A stretch of 64,000 nucleotides of DNA. It comes from Calditrichales bacterium (lineage in GTDB: Bacteria; Calditrichota; Calditrichia; Calditrichales; J004). Where the stretch lies: contig OZ254086.1 of the NCBI GenBank assembly GCA_965267575.1, forward strand, positions 3,488,001 through 3,552,000. The letters are read 5' to 3'. Positions 20,768-30,580 of the stretch are shown here, piece after piece (the stretch's first letter is position 1; every line of letters starts with the position of its first letter). A program made the position numbers and the translations under genes. The notes beneath the pieces are model-generated. The model was not told where the DNA came from. It searched no databases and saw only the letters and a list, made by a program, of their open reading frames with translations.

Positions 20768-21681
20768 TGGGCACGCACGCATACAACGCGGATGAACGCA
20801 ACGAGACTATTAAGATCAACATCAACGGCGAGCTATTCCCAAGGAACGAAGCCAAAATATCTGTATTTGACGCGGGCTTTATGCTGGGCGACGGGGTGTG
20901 GGAAGGTATCCGTCTGCACAGGGGCAAGCTGGTTTTTATCGACCAGCACATGAAGCGGCTGTTTGACGGTGCCAAGGCATTGGATTTTGAGATCGGGCTT
21001 TCTAAAAAGCAATTGGTCGATCGTATTTACGCCACCTGCCGCGCCAACGCTATGAGCGATAATGTACATATCCGGCTGATGGTTTCGCGCGGAGTAAAAT
21101 CCACACCGCACCAGGACCCGCGGCTTACGGTGAGCAAACCGACAATCGTTATTATACCTGAATATAAAGAGCCTGGCGATGATGCCTACAAGCGCGGTGT
21201 AAATCTCTACACTGTCCACGTGCGCCGCGGCTACCCCGATGTGCAAGACCCCAAGCTCAATACGCATTCCAAGCTTAACTGTATCTTTGCCTGCATCCAG
21301 GCCCAAAAAGCCGGCGCCGAAGAAGCGCTGATGCTGGACCCGCATGGCTTCGTGGCCACCTGTAATTCCACGCATTTTTTCATCGTGCGCGGCAGGGAAG
21401 TATGGACCTCCAGCGGCGACTTCTGCCTCGACGGCATTACACGGCGCAACGTGATTGAACTGTGCACGGAGAATGGCATCCCGGTTTATGAGAAAAACTT
21501 CAGCCTGTCCGATGTATATGGTGCGGAGGAAGCGTTTGTAACCGGTACTTTTGGGGGGATTACGCCCGTAGCGAGCGTGGACGGCAGAAAAATTGGCAAA
21601 GAAAAATCGCGCCCCATGACAAAGCGTTTGCGTGAATTGTATGCCGCGCTTATCGAGCGTGAAATGGGCAAGGAAGAATAG
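20767..21681 (+). CDS. Class IV PLP aminotransferase (BCAT-like)
   Basis: 'ISVFDAGFMLGDGVWEG', SKLN lysine, 'LDGITR', 'EAFVTGTFGG'. Confidence 0.85.
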   Translation: MGTHAYNADERNETIKININGELFPRNEAKISVFDAGFMLGDGVWEGIRLHRGKLVFIDQHMKRLFDGAKALDFEIGLSKKQLVDRIYATCRANAMSDNVHIRLMVSRGVKSTPHQDPRLTVSKPTIVIIPEYKEPGDDAYKRGVNLYTVHVRRGYPDVQDPKLNTHSKLNCIFACIQAQKAGAEEALMLDPHGFVATCNSTHFFIVRGREVWTSSGDFCLDGITRRNVIELCTENGIPVYEKNFSLSDVYGAEEAFVTGTFGGITPVASVDGRKIGKEKSRPMTKRLRELYAALIEREMGKEE

Positions 21682-21682
21682 C

Positions 21683-22423
21683 ATGGCGCTGCGTATAGCC
21701 ATGTGGTCGGGACCGCGCAATATCTCCACGGCCATGATGCGCTCCTGGGAAAACCGCGAAGATACATGCGTGATAGACGAGCCTTTTTACGCTTATTATC
21801 TAAAACGCACGGGCCTGAAACATCCCGGTTACAAAGAGGTGATTGCCAGCCAGCCGCAAACGTGGCAGGAGGTGGCCGAAAACCTCAGCAAAAAGCCAAT
21901 CCCGCGTGAAAACGGGGGAGAAACAATTTTTTATCAAAAGCACATGACACACCACATGCTACCGGAGATCGAGCTGGATTGGACGATCCACCTGAAACAC
22001 TGCTTCCTGATACGTGACCCTTTGGAGGTAGTGCAATCCTACATTAAGAAAAACGAGTTGCGCGGCGAAGAGGACATTGGTGTAAAGCGGCAAATGGAGC
22101 TTTATGAGCGGGTTTCCCAAATCAGCGGACAGGATATTCCCGTTATCGATGCCGGGGATTTTTTGCAAAACCCGCGAGGCATGCTGCGCAGGTTGTGTGA
22201 TTGTTTTGGATTGAAGTTTACGGAGCGCATGCTCTCCTGGCCTGCGGGCCGTCGCGCGTCGGACGGGGTTTGGGCAAAATATTGGTATGACGCGGTGGAG
22301 AAATCCACCGGGTTTAAAACCTGGGAAGAACGCGAAATCAGATTGGAGTCATGGGCACGGGCAATCGCCGAAGAGAGCAGGGCGGCGTACGCTCAACTAT
22401 ATCATAAAAGAGTGACGTGTTAA
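21683..22423 (+). CDS. Sulfotransferase-like P-loop protein
   Basis: 'WSGPRNISTAMMRS', 'DEPFYA', 'YQKHM', 'FLIRDP', 'DGVWAKYWY'; ATG 1 nt after the upstream stop. Confidence 0.75.
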   Translation: MALRIAMWSGPRNISTAMMRSWENREDTCVIDEPFYAYYLKRTGLKHPGYKEVIASQPQTWQEVAENLSKKPIPRENGGETIFYQKHMTHHMLPEIELDWTIHLKHCFLIRDPLEVVQSYIKKNELRGEEDIGVKRQMELYERVSQISGQDIPVIDAGDFLQNPRGMLRRLCDCFGLKFTERMLSWPAGRRASDGVWAKYWYDAVEKSTGFKTWEEREIRLESWARAIAEESRAAYAQLYHKRVTC

Positions 22424-22433
22424 TCAACTATGA

Positions 22434-23474
22434 CTATTTCCTTGAAGCGACCAGCAGTGTAAATCCGGGGCTTTGCTTCAACGGAACGACTTTTGAATTT
22501 GTGAAACCTGCTTCTTCCAACCATGTTTGGACATCTTTTACTTTGTAAGCACGTCCGTTAGCAAACAAAAATAAATTCCAGCCGATTAGCGATGCTACGG
22601 AGCGAACAAATCTAGAACCTGAAATATTATCAAATTGGTCTAATATGGCGATGGTGCCTTTATCCGTCGTACTTGCCTGAAGTTTTTTAAAAATACGCTT
22701 GTTTTCTTCCGGGCTGTTACCGTGAATAATATTTCCCAGAAAAGCCAGATCGTAGCCGTTCGGAAAATCGTCTTTGTGGAAATCACCTTCCAGCGTGTCT
22801 ATTCTTTCGGCCACATCCTTCTCTTGTTCCAGGGTCTGCCGCGCGTTTTCAATACCGACAGGCCAATCCATTACCGTTGCCTGCAGTTCAGGGTATTTAC
22901 GGCACATTTCCACGCAATAAAGTCCGTGACTGCCACCAACGTCGAGCATGCGTTGCGCGCCATCCGGTAGCTTTAATTTTTTGCACACTTCATTTACCGT
23001 AGAGCCTGCCAGCCAGCGCATGGAAACCTGGTAGCTGCGGGCGATTTCTCCGCTCTTTACATTATCCCAACCGAAAATACCATCTTCCGGCGCTTCCTTA
23101 ACAGCCCTGGCGCCATATTTAACACTTGTGATCATCTGCTCTTTGAAGAAGGGGACCATTTCATGAAAGGTGTTGATTGGAACGGTCTTTTCAGCGTAGG
23201 GCGTAAGTGCGTATTCGCCGTTTTTTAGCTCCACATATCCGAGTGGTTTTAAGACCTGAAGTAAATTTTCCAGGCCGCGGGCATCGGCATTCGTTTTTTT
23301 AGCCAATGTCTCAAGGCTTTGCGGACCGTCATTCATTTTCCGAAAAAGATCGATTTCGCCGGCGGCACAAAAGGCCGCGCCCATAAACGATGGCAGGCCC
23401 AGATCTAAAAGCGGACCGGGGATAATGCCAAATTTAATTAAAAGACGTTCGGCAAAATTAGGTTTTAGTGGCAT
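22434..23474 (-). CDS. SAM-dependent O-methyltransferase with dimerisation domain
   Basis: LDVGGSHG, 'EGDFH', 'NIIH'. Confidence 0.85.
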   Translation of the reverse strand: MPLKPNFAERLLIKFGIIPGPLLDLGLPSFMGAAFCAAGEIDLFRKMNDGPQSLETLAKKTNADARGLENLLQVLKPLGYVELKNGEYALTPYAEKTVPINTFHEMVPFFKEQMITSVKYGARAVKEAPEDGIFGWDNVKSGEIARSYQVSMRWLAGSTVNEVCKKLKLPDGAQRMLDVGGSHGLYCVEMCRKYPELQATVMDWPVGIENARQTLEQEKDVAERIDTLEGDFHKDDFPNGYDLAFLGNIIHGNSPEENKRIFKKLQASTTDKGTIAILDQFDNISGSRFVRSVASLIGWNLFLFANGRAYKVKDVQTWLEEAGFTNSKVVPLKQSPGFTLLVASRK

Positions 23475-23571
23475 GGCAGCTCCTCTTTTTATGAATAAAA
23501 TTAAAAGAGGCGTGCAGCGTCTGAGAAGTCAAAAAATTAACAAAAATGAAAATGGGGCAACGCCCGATTTT

Positions 23572-24306
23572 TTACATTGACAACAGCAGATTTCTTAAAA
23601 ATCTCTTCCAGTCTTCGACGTTCATAAAAAACCAGGGTTGATTACCCAAACGGAAAATAAGGTTTTTCTGATTCAGCCAGCTCCAGCCGTGGTGCCAGTG
23701 GTGCAGACAGAACGATTCCGGCTTGATGTAGGTGTGATGGTTTTTTTCCAGGCGGTTTCTGTAATGCAAAGGGGTAAAAAATGCGGAAGGATAAATGGTA
23801 ATATCCTGATCCAGGTGTTGATGTCTATCGCCGCTTGCCAGACCATATTTGCGCGCCAGCTTTGTTGCGATCCGCGGCATGGTGGGCGGGCTGCTGATTT
23901 TCAGCCGAAGCGAGTTGTCATAAAAGTCCAGACATTCCTTTATAAATGGGTGACCCTTTTGCGCGCCGATAACGTGGCAGCCCAGCATGTGCGCGTCTTC
24001 CCGGCCGAAAAAACAAGCATTCCCAAGCAACGGATCAAAGCTTTTTAGTACTTCGACGTCAAGATCAAGATAAATGCCGCCGTGATGATAAAGCGCGTAG
24101 AGGCGCAGGTAATCGCTTGCGAAAGCCCATCTCTTTTTGCGCAGCATCCTGCGGTAGAAAGCTGAGTCCGGCGCCGCTGAACCATCCCAGGCAAAGAGCT
24201 TGTAATCGCCTAATACTTTTTCCCAGGAGGCAAAGCAATCTTTATAAATGGCGTCCCACGGTTCGTCGCTGAGCCAGGCGTAATGAATCGTTTTTGGTAT
24301 CGGCAT
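23572..24306 (-). CDS. GT32/OCH1-like glycosyltransferase
   Basis: IPKTIHYAW, AFASDYLRL...GGIYLDLDV. Confidence 0.88.
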   Translation of the reverse strand: MPIPKTIHYAWLSDEPWDAIYKDCFASWEKVLGDYKLFAWDGSAAPDSAFYRRMLRKKRWAFASDYLRLYALYHHGGIYLDLDVEVLKSFDPLLGNACFFGREDAHMLGCHVIGAQKGHPFIKECLDFYDNSLRLKISSPPTMPRIATKLARKYGLASGDRHQHLDQDITIYPSAFFTPLHYRNRLEKNHHTYIKPESFCLHHWHHGWSWLNQKNLIFRLGNQPWFFMNVEDWKRFLRNLLLSM

Positions 24307-24387
24307 GGCTCAAAATAGCGCATTTTGATTAATCTGGTCAACCAATCCCAACTTGAACTTATATGGCCGGAAACAATAGATTTACCC

Positions 24388-25269
24388 ATGAGCAATCCGC
24401 AATCCATGCTGTTCTGTGTGTTTTCCTATAACAGGTCGCGATTTTTACGTAACCTTCTGGCATCCGTGGAATTGTTTTTTCCGGGACAGGAGGTAGCTAT
24501 TTTTGATGATGACAGTGACGATCCAAAGCTGCTTTCTTTTTACGGGCAATTGGAAAACAAGCCGGACTATTCTGTCCTTAAAGCACAAAATAAGCGCACT
24601 GCCGGAAAGCACGGCGGATTGTATCAGCGCATGAATCAGGCTTTGGATTATTGCCAGCAGTATGGCATTCAATACGCCTTTTTTATACAGGATGATATGC
24701 AGTTTGTGTGTGATGCCGATTTGCATTCGCGATGCGAACGTATTTTTTCCAGGCAGGAAAACGCGCTCATGTACAGTCCGCTTTTTATGCAAAAAATCTA
24801 TCTGCCACATATAGAGTCATTCATAGAAAAGCGTGATGGCGATTATGTGATAAAAGATTACGGTATTGCCGATGTCGGGATAATTGACCTAAAACGTGCC
24901 GTACGCGCCGGTCTGCGCTTTGATGATCGTGGGGAGCGATATAACGGTCAGCTCTATCATAAGCAGGGCCATGAGGTTATCCTGGCGAAAAAACCTTGCC
25001 TCGCCTGGGTGCCCTGGGCATCTGCATTCAGGGAAAGACGGAAGAAAGGGATTTCCATTTACAAAAACGGTTCCCTTTTTATTGAGCCTTTGGGAGAACT
25101 TGCCCTAAAAAAGCTGAACGATAATGATGACATTCCTTTCCTGGAGGATTTTACCCGCAGCAAACGCGCCTTGCCAAAGCCTTACTTCTATAAAGCATTC
25201 AATTTTAAAGAGATTGTGATTTCTTATTTCACATATATCAAACATAAACTGACGGGACGGCTCCGGTGA
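24388..25269 (+). CDS. GT-A fold (GT2-like) glycosyltransferase
   Basis: 'SYNR', 'FDDDSDD', 'FIQDDM'; ATG 24388 preferred. Confidence 0.6.
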   Translation: MSNPQSMLFCVFSYNRSRFLRNLLASVELFFPGQEVAIFDDDSDDPKLLSFYGQLENKPDYSVLKAQNKRTAGKHGGLYQRMNQALDYCQQYGIQYAFFIQDDMQFVCDADLHSRCERIFSRQENALMYSPLFMQKIYLPHIESFIEKRDGDYVIKDYGIADVGIIDLKRAVRAGLRFDDRGERYNGQLYHKQGHEVILAKKPCLAWVPWASAFRERRKKGISIYKNGSLFIEPLGELALKKLNDNDDIPFLEDFTRSKRALPKPYFYKAFNFKEIVISYFTYIKHKLTGRLR

Positions 25270-26096
25270 ATAAAAAGGAATATTATAAGACAATCGCCGA
25301 ACATTACGACCGCGAGGCCGCCTCTTATGAACAAAGGCAGTTGCCCAACAAAACGCTGCAACGCATAAGAGCCGACTTTCGTGATGTGGCTGAACGCTAT
25401 ATGACAGGCCGGAAGGTTCTGGATTTCGGCTGTGGTGTTGGCTCGGATGCCTGCTATTTTGCAGGTAAGTTTCCGGAAAAAGTTTTTACAGGCCTGGACT
25501 TGTCGCCGGCGATGATTGCGGAGGCCGAATCAAAAAAGCGATCAGAAAATTTACAAAATGCGCATTTTATTACCGGGAGCCTGGTTGACCTTGAAGAGGC
25601 CGGTTTTGATTGTATCTACAGTTTTTTTGGTACGCTAAATACCGTGCATGACCTTGAAGCGGTGGCTGAGGATTTTTATGACCTGCTGAATGATAATGGA
25701 AAACTGGTAGTTACTTTGGTCAACAAATGGTACCCGATGGGTATGCTGGCGTATCTGCGGCGTTTGCGTTTTAGAAAGGCTTTTGATCGTCTGGGAAAAG
25801 TCTGGCAGGGCTATTCGGAGGAGCGGTTGCTGCCAAGCCGCACCTATTACGGACGAGAAGTTCTACAGGCCTTCAGTTCTTTTAATTTGCTTTACCGCCG
25901 CGGCTATTCAATCGTTTACCCGGCGTGGTTCCAGGACAGGATTACGCGCAAACTGGGCGCCTTGTCCAAAAAGCTCTGGAAGTGGGACGAACAGCTTAGC
26001 CGCACGCCGCTGTGGAGCTGGGGCGAACACGTTTTGCTGGTCTTCGAAAAATCCCCCGGTCACGATTCCAGCAAATCCCGCACCGAGCGGTACTGA
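25266..26096 (+). CDS. Class I SAM methyltransferase
   Basis: VLDFGCGVG, GLDLSPAM. Confidence 0.85.
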   Translation: MNKKEYYKTIAEHYDREAASYEQRQLPNKTLQRIRADFRDVAERYMTGRKVLDFGCGVGSDACYFAGKFPEKVFTGLDLSPAMIAEAESKKRSENLQNAHFITGSLVDLEEAGFDCIYSFFGTLNTVHDLEAVAEDFYDLLNDNGKLVVTLVNKWYPMGMLAYLRRLRFRKAFDRLGKVWQGYSEERLLPSRTYYGREVLQAFSSFNLLYRRGYSIVYPAWFQDRITRKLGALSKKLWKWDEQLSRTPLWSWGEHVLLVFEKSPGHDSSKSRTERY

Positions 26097-26956
26097 AAAT
26101 CGAAATTATCGATGATGGATGTGTATTTTGAAACCAGGCGAATGTCGCATGTGAGGGCGTCGCTGACGATGGCGCCGTAGCGCCGGGTTAATTCTTCTTT
26201 TGGTATGATTTTGATCTCTTTGTTGTAATGCGAGGCCAGCTCTTCCACAAATTGCCTGTGACTGATGCCAATCGGGCTGTACAGGTTATAGGCGCGTGAA
26301 GCAGGTGCCTGCAGGGCGTAGGCTTTTATCAACCTGCCCAGATCGTTTTTATGGATAATGCTCATAAAGTTCTTGCCATCACCGTATTGCGGTACAAATC
26401 CTTCTTTTATAATCACATCTTCAAAAAAGGCCTTGAACCAGGAATCATGGCCAAAAATCCAGCCGGGCCGGCACATGATGACCGGGTTGACGCTCAGGTT
26501 GTGCAGAAAGGGACGCTCCGCTTTTACATAATCGATGGCGTAGCTGATCGGGTTCACGGGGAAGTCTTCATCGACACTTTTTCCGGGATGGGAGCCGTAC
26601 ATAAGCGAGCCGGAAACGTAAACCAGCCTCGTCTGCCGTTCGCGTATTGCCTTGAGAATACGACCGTTTGCCACTCTGCCCAAAAAGGCCGCTTTGCGGC
26701 GCCCCAGAAAACGGTAGCGTTTGCCGGAGATGCGCGCGGCATGGATGATAAGACCGGGATTTAATTCATTGATTAAAGCGGGCACATCAAACAGGGAGCC
26801 CTGAACCCGCCTGACATCGGGATGGTCGTTTATGGTCGTGCGGTTTTGCAGGGCGTGAAGTTCAAATTGTACGGTATCTTCTGAGAAGGCGCGCAAAATT
26901 TCGCTTCCCACAAAACCCGAGGCGCCCAAAAAAAGTATTTTCTTCGTCTTATTCAT
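26060..26956 (-). CDS. NAD-dependent epimerase/dehydratase (extended SDR)
   Basis: GASGFVG, YxxxK-like 'YAIDYVKAE', 'RPGWIFG'. Confidence 0.75.
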   Translation of the reverse strand: MNKTKKILFLGASGFVGSEILRAFSEDTVQFELHALQNRTTINDHPDVRRVQGSLFDVPALINELNPGLIIHAARISGKRYRFLGRRKAAFLGRVANGRILKAIRERQTRLVYVSGSLMYGSHPGKSVDEDFPVNPISYAIDYVKAERPFLHNLSVNPVIMCRPGWIFGHDSWFKAFFEDVIIKEGFVPQYGDGKNFMSIIHKNDLGRLIKAYALQAPASRAYNLYSPIGISHRQFVEELASHYNKEIKIIPKEELTRRYGAIVSDALTCDIRLVSKYTSIIDNFDFQYRSVRDLLES

Positions 26957-27779
26957 TGGTAGCCACCACAACAATTTGATCGGCAATTCGGGCAAGAAGC
27001 GTTGAATCCATGGTCATCCTCTCCAGTTTACGATGCATGTTCAGAATGGCGCCGCCGGGATGATAGCCCGTTTGGAATGGCGGTGTAAAAGCCAGCAGCG
27101 GACACAATCTCACATTTTTGAAGTGCGGCTTAAACAGGCCGGAAAGACCGGCGGCAGAGCGCAAATGCATCTTCATCTTTTCCTGTTTTATGTCAACGGT
27201 CAGCTCTCGCCTCCAACGCTTGAATGCTTGTTTTAGCCGTATACGCGATAAATAGTAAAGCGTATCCGCCAGGCAGAAACGGTTGAAGTGCGCACTGATT
27301 AGGCTCCCGCCGGGATTGAGGCTGTCACGTAATATGGCCAGCACTTTTCCAAGCTGACTGTTATTGATATAAGCAAAACCACCCGTCATGGAAAAAATGA
27401 GATCAAATTTTTGACCGCCAAAAGCATCGATTTCCATTTCTTCCAGCCTGCCTTTGAGCAGCGTAATCCTGCCGGATTCCATCTCTGGCTGATAGGCTTC
27501 CACGGCCTTATTCAACATGCCTGGTGACATGTCCACTCCGGTTACCCGCGTATCCCGTTCCAAAAAATAAGGAAAATCGTTACCCGTACCGCAACCAAGA
27601 TCCAAAACTGTCTTGCAGGTATCCCATTCAATATTTTTGTCCAGAATTTCATAGATTAGATTTTTCGTCAGCCGGTAAACGCGGTTTTCGGCGGGCAGCT
27701 TTTCATAGTCCAGCGCGAAACGGTCCCAGCCGCCGGCGTAATCTGTTGGGATGCTTTTGGTAAACTTTTTGTACTGCAT
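26949..27779 (-). CDS. Class I SAM methyltransferase
   Basis: VLDLGCGTG, GVDMSPGM, 'LNPGG'. Confidence 0.85.
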   Translation of the reverse strand: MQYKKFTKSIPTDYAGGWDRFALDYEKLPAENRVYRLTKNLIYEILDKNIEWDTCKTVLDLGCGTGNDFPYFLERDTRVTGVDMSPGMLNKAVEAYQPEMESGRITLLKGRLEEMEIDAFGGQKFDLIFSMTGGFAYINNSQLGKVLAILRDSLNPGGSLISAHFNRFCLADTLYYLSRIRLKQAFKRWRRELTVDIKQEKMKMHLRSAAGLSGLFKPHFKNVRLCPLLAFTPPFQTGYHPGGAILNMHRKLERMTMDSTLLARIADQIVVVATNE

Positions 27780-27816
27780 GTGAGCCGGTTCTTTGCAAAG
27801 GTCAGGGCGATTGATC

Positions 27817-29541
27817 ATGAATTACATAAGATATATAAAAAAGGCATATCAAATCCTGCCTGAAAAATACAGGGATAAAACAGGCCGTTTTCTTGCCTTG
27901 TCTTTTTTTAGCCTGCTTTTAGAGCTTTTTTCGCTGGCCATTGTTGTTCCGTTGATTATCCTGGTTGTGGACAGGGAAGCGTTTGCCGGGTCCGGTTTTT
28001 TTAGCGGCTTTTTGAAGACTACTATATACCAGGAGCCACTTTACCTTGCTGCCTTTGTGTTGCTTGTGGTTGTTATTTTCATTGCGAAAAACGGACTGGT
28101 TGTGCGGATTATCCGCTATCAAACAAAGACGTGTTTTAGAATCGCCACGAATATTTCGGTGATGTTTACACGCCATTACCTGCTGCATGATTTTGCTTCC
28201 TTTTCAAAACAGGCCAAATCGGAATCAATTCGCAACAGCATTGAGGTGCCCAACGAATTTGTGGTCTACGTGCTTCTGGCCATAAATACGATCCTGTCCG
28301 AAACGTTGCTACTGCTGTTGATTTTTTTGGCCGGCTTGGTCATCAACCCCATTGCGACGTTGTTGCTGGTGGTGCTGTTTGCGCTGGCCATCGTGGTCGC
28401 GCATAACCTTGGCAAAAAGAAAATCCGTCGCATTAACGATCGTCTGGGTGTTGATTACGCCGGTAATGTCGCCAACCTGATGAACCTGCTAAACGGCTTT
28501 TTTGAGATTCGCTCATACGGCAGGGAAGAATGGTTCCTGGGTCGTTTTAGACAATCCAACAATGCTGTTAACCGCAGCTACGCGACGCTTTACGCCGAGA
28601 ACCTGGTGACGCCCAAATATATTGAAGTTGTCATTGTCGCGATTATCGGGTTTATCGTCTTGCTTTATTCTGCTATGCCGCCGGGCGCGCAGGGCGATCT
28701 GCTCTATATCTCTTTTCTCGCCGCTGCCGCCATGAAGGTTATCCCCTCGGCCAATAAAATAATTACCGGCGTTAAGAATTTTAATTCGCATCTGTTTACA
28801 GTCGATGCTATCGACGCGCAACTGGCCGAAAAGGCTGCTGAAGAGGCGGGTAACAATAAAGACCTTGTTTTTGACGATTGCCTTAGCTTGAAACAGGTCG
28901 CCTTTTCCTATGATGAAAAGCCCTTGCTGCAGGGTGTGAACCTAAGGCTGAGTCCGGGTGAAGTGATCGCCGTTTATGGCAAAAGCGGCGCCGGAAAGAG
29001 CACGTTGTTGCACATCATCGCGCAATTAATTGAACGCTATGACGGCCAAATAAGCCTGGACAATACTCCCGTTAATCCCCCTGATAAAACAAGCTTTCTC
29101 AAGATGCTGGCCTATGTGCCGCAGGAGCCCTTTATCATGGAAGGGACTATACGTGAAAATATTCTGCTGGGCCGCGGCAACGACGATATTCAGCGTCTTA
29201 AAAGTCTTTTTAGCGACCTTGAATTGGAACCGGTTTTAAGCCGTCTGCCGCAGGGCCTGGACACGTTTATAGGCAACAACGGCTACCGCCTCTCCGGCGG
29301 CCAGAAGCAGCGTATCGCTCTGCTGCGCGCGTTGTCGCACCGGCCGCGCATTTTGCTGCTGGATGAAGCGACAAACCAGCTTGAACAAAACCTGGAAAAG
29401 CGGATACTTCAGCACATTAAGAAAACGGCCGTAGAGCAGCGGATGGCTGTCGTCCTTGTTTCGCATCATATTGAAAACGCCGGCGACATAAGCGATCGCG
29501 TTTATGAACTTACGGATGGCGTGCTTGTGGAACGGTTGTAG
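27817..29541 (+). CDS. ABC exporter (TMD+NBD), PglK/MsbA-like glycan flippase candidate
   Basis: Multiple TM segments, GKSGAGKST, LSGGQKQR, LLLDEAT. Confidence 0.85.
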   Translation: MNYIRYIKKAYQILPEKYRDKTGRFLALSFFSLLLELFSLAIVVPLIILVVDREAFAGSGFFSGFLKTTIYQEPLYLAAFVLLVVVIFIAKNGLVVRIIRYQTKTCFRIATNISVMFTRHYLLHDFASFSKQAKSESIRNSIEVPNEFVVYVLLAINTILSETLLLLLIFLAGLVINPIATLLLVVLFALAIVVAHNLGKKKIRRINDRLGVDYAGNVANLMNLLNGFFEIRSYGREEWFLGRFRQSNNAVNRSYATLYAENLVTPKYIEVVIVAIIGFIVLLYSAMPPGAQGDLLYISFLAAAAMKVIPSANKIITGVKNFNSHLFTVDAIDAQLAEKAAEEAGNNKDLVFDDCLSLKQVAFSYDEKPLLQGVNLRLSPGEVIAVYGKSGAGKSTLLHIIAQLIERYDGQISLDNTPVNPPDKTSFLKMLAYVPQEPFIMEGTIRENILLGRGNDDIQRLKSLFSDLELEPVLSRLPQGLDTFIGNNGYRLSGGQKQRIALLRALSHRPRILLLDEATNQLEQNLEKRILQHIKKTAVEQRMAVVLVSHHIENAGDISDRVYELTDGVLVERL

Positions 29542-29625
29542 GTTGATGGGAGGTTTATTTAAGCCGGCCATTGCGGTGCGAATGGAGACTATCTAAATAT
29601 CTCTTAAACACAGATCAAAGCTAAA

Positions 29626-29735
29626 TGTCATTCCCGGCTCCGACCGGGAATCCAGAAGAGCCTGATTTGTCCGCGATGGCGCTACTTCAGGCCAGATAAT
29701 AACTTTGTTGGATTCCTGCCTGCGCAGGAATGACA
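29626..29735. repeat. REP/dRS3-like double-hairpin element, copy 1
   Basis: TGTCATTCCCGGCTCCGACCGGGAATCCA ... TGGATTCCTGCCTGCGCAGGAATGACA, between convergent genes. Confidence 0.9.
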
Positions 29736-29749
29736 GGTTTACACACGCC

Positions 29750-30580
29750 TTATCCTTTCATCCCCAGCATTTCATCATACATGGTACTTTTATCGTTATG
29801 ATGCAGTTTTGCCATACCCCGTCCGAGCAGAATACCCTTGTTGATAGCTTCCGGAAACATGCGCACTATGCGTCTGCGGTATTTTTTGTAAATAAGGCTG
29901 TTCAGCCAGTTGAGCGGTGCGTAGAACGTTGGACGCGATTTGAAGTCGCCACGCAGCCGGTAAAACTCTTCCACTTCGTCATTCACCTTCACATTGGGCA
30001 TAAAGCGTTCTATCCAGGGATTTTCACTAAACAGCCTCTGCTTATAGCGGCCATTGAAAAGCGGCTTCATCATGTAAAGCTGCACAGCGTTGTGATATGA
30101 TTTTTGGGACATCGCGATATTATTTTCATCAATTAGATAGTTGAAGCAGAAGAACGGCCGTTTGCCAAGCGCTTTGCTCAACAGAACAATCATCACGTAA
30201 ACGATCCACAGCCTGTCGGGAGCACAAATTACGAACAGGTCAATGTCATCCTTTTCGTGGCAGGACTCGAAAGCATTGGAGCCGGTAAGCGAAATAAAAC
30301 GCACCCAGGGCAAATAAGAAAACAGCTTAAGCGGGCCCCGGCTTTCATCGTACATTTTGCGGCTGATTGTCCTGTTGCGTTCGTAGCCGTTTTCCCTGTC
30401 CTTGAAAACCAGGTTTTTTTCGCGGACAACAGCGCCAGAAAGTTCCAGCGTCTCCAGTTCGTCTTTTAACCGTTCATTCTTGATCTTTTGAGGAAACAGG
30501 GCGTGCAGGTCTTCTTCTGAAATGGCGCTGCCATAATTCTGTATCAGCGTGATCATTGAAAGGACGGGATTCTTTTGCAT
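29750..30580 (-). CDS. Pol-beta superfamily nucleotidyltransferase-like protein
   Basis: hGS-x10-DhDh motif 'LTGSNAFESCHEKDDIDLFVI'. Confidence 0.65.
   Translation of the reverse strand: MQKNPVLSMITLIQNYGSAISEEDLHALFPQKIKNERLKDELETLELSGAVVREKNLVFKDRENGYERNRTISRKMYDESRGPLKLFSYLPWVRFISLTGSNAFESCHEKDDIDLFVICAPDRLWIVYVMIVLLSKALGKRPFFCFNYLIDENNIAMSQKSYHNAVQLYMMKPLFNGRYKQRLFSENPWIERFMPNVKVNDEVEEFYRLRGDFKSRPTFYAPLNWLNSLIYKKYRRRIVRMFPEAINKGILLGRGMAKLHHNDKSTMYDEMLGMKG

Noticed and set aside
20833..21735. Long antisense ORFs (also 2252-3112, 18359-19177, 41857-42726 and those over 61.5-64 kb)
   Set aside because: Shadow frames of well-supported genes, with no motifs of their own
29705..30100. ORF beginning MLDSCLRRND (similarly 36325-36537)
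   Set aside because: Translation of the palindromic repeat, running antisense to a real gene
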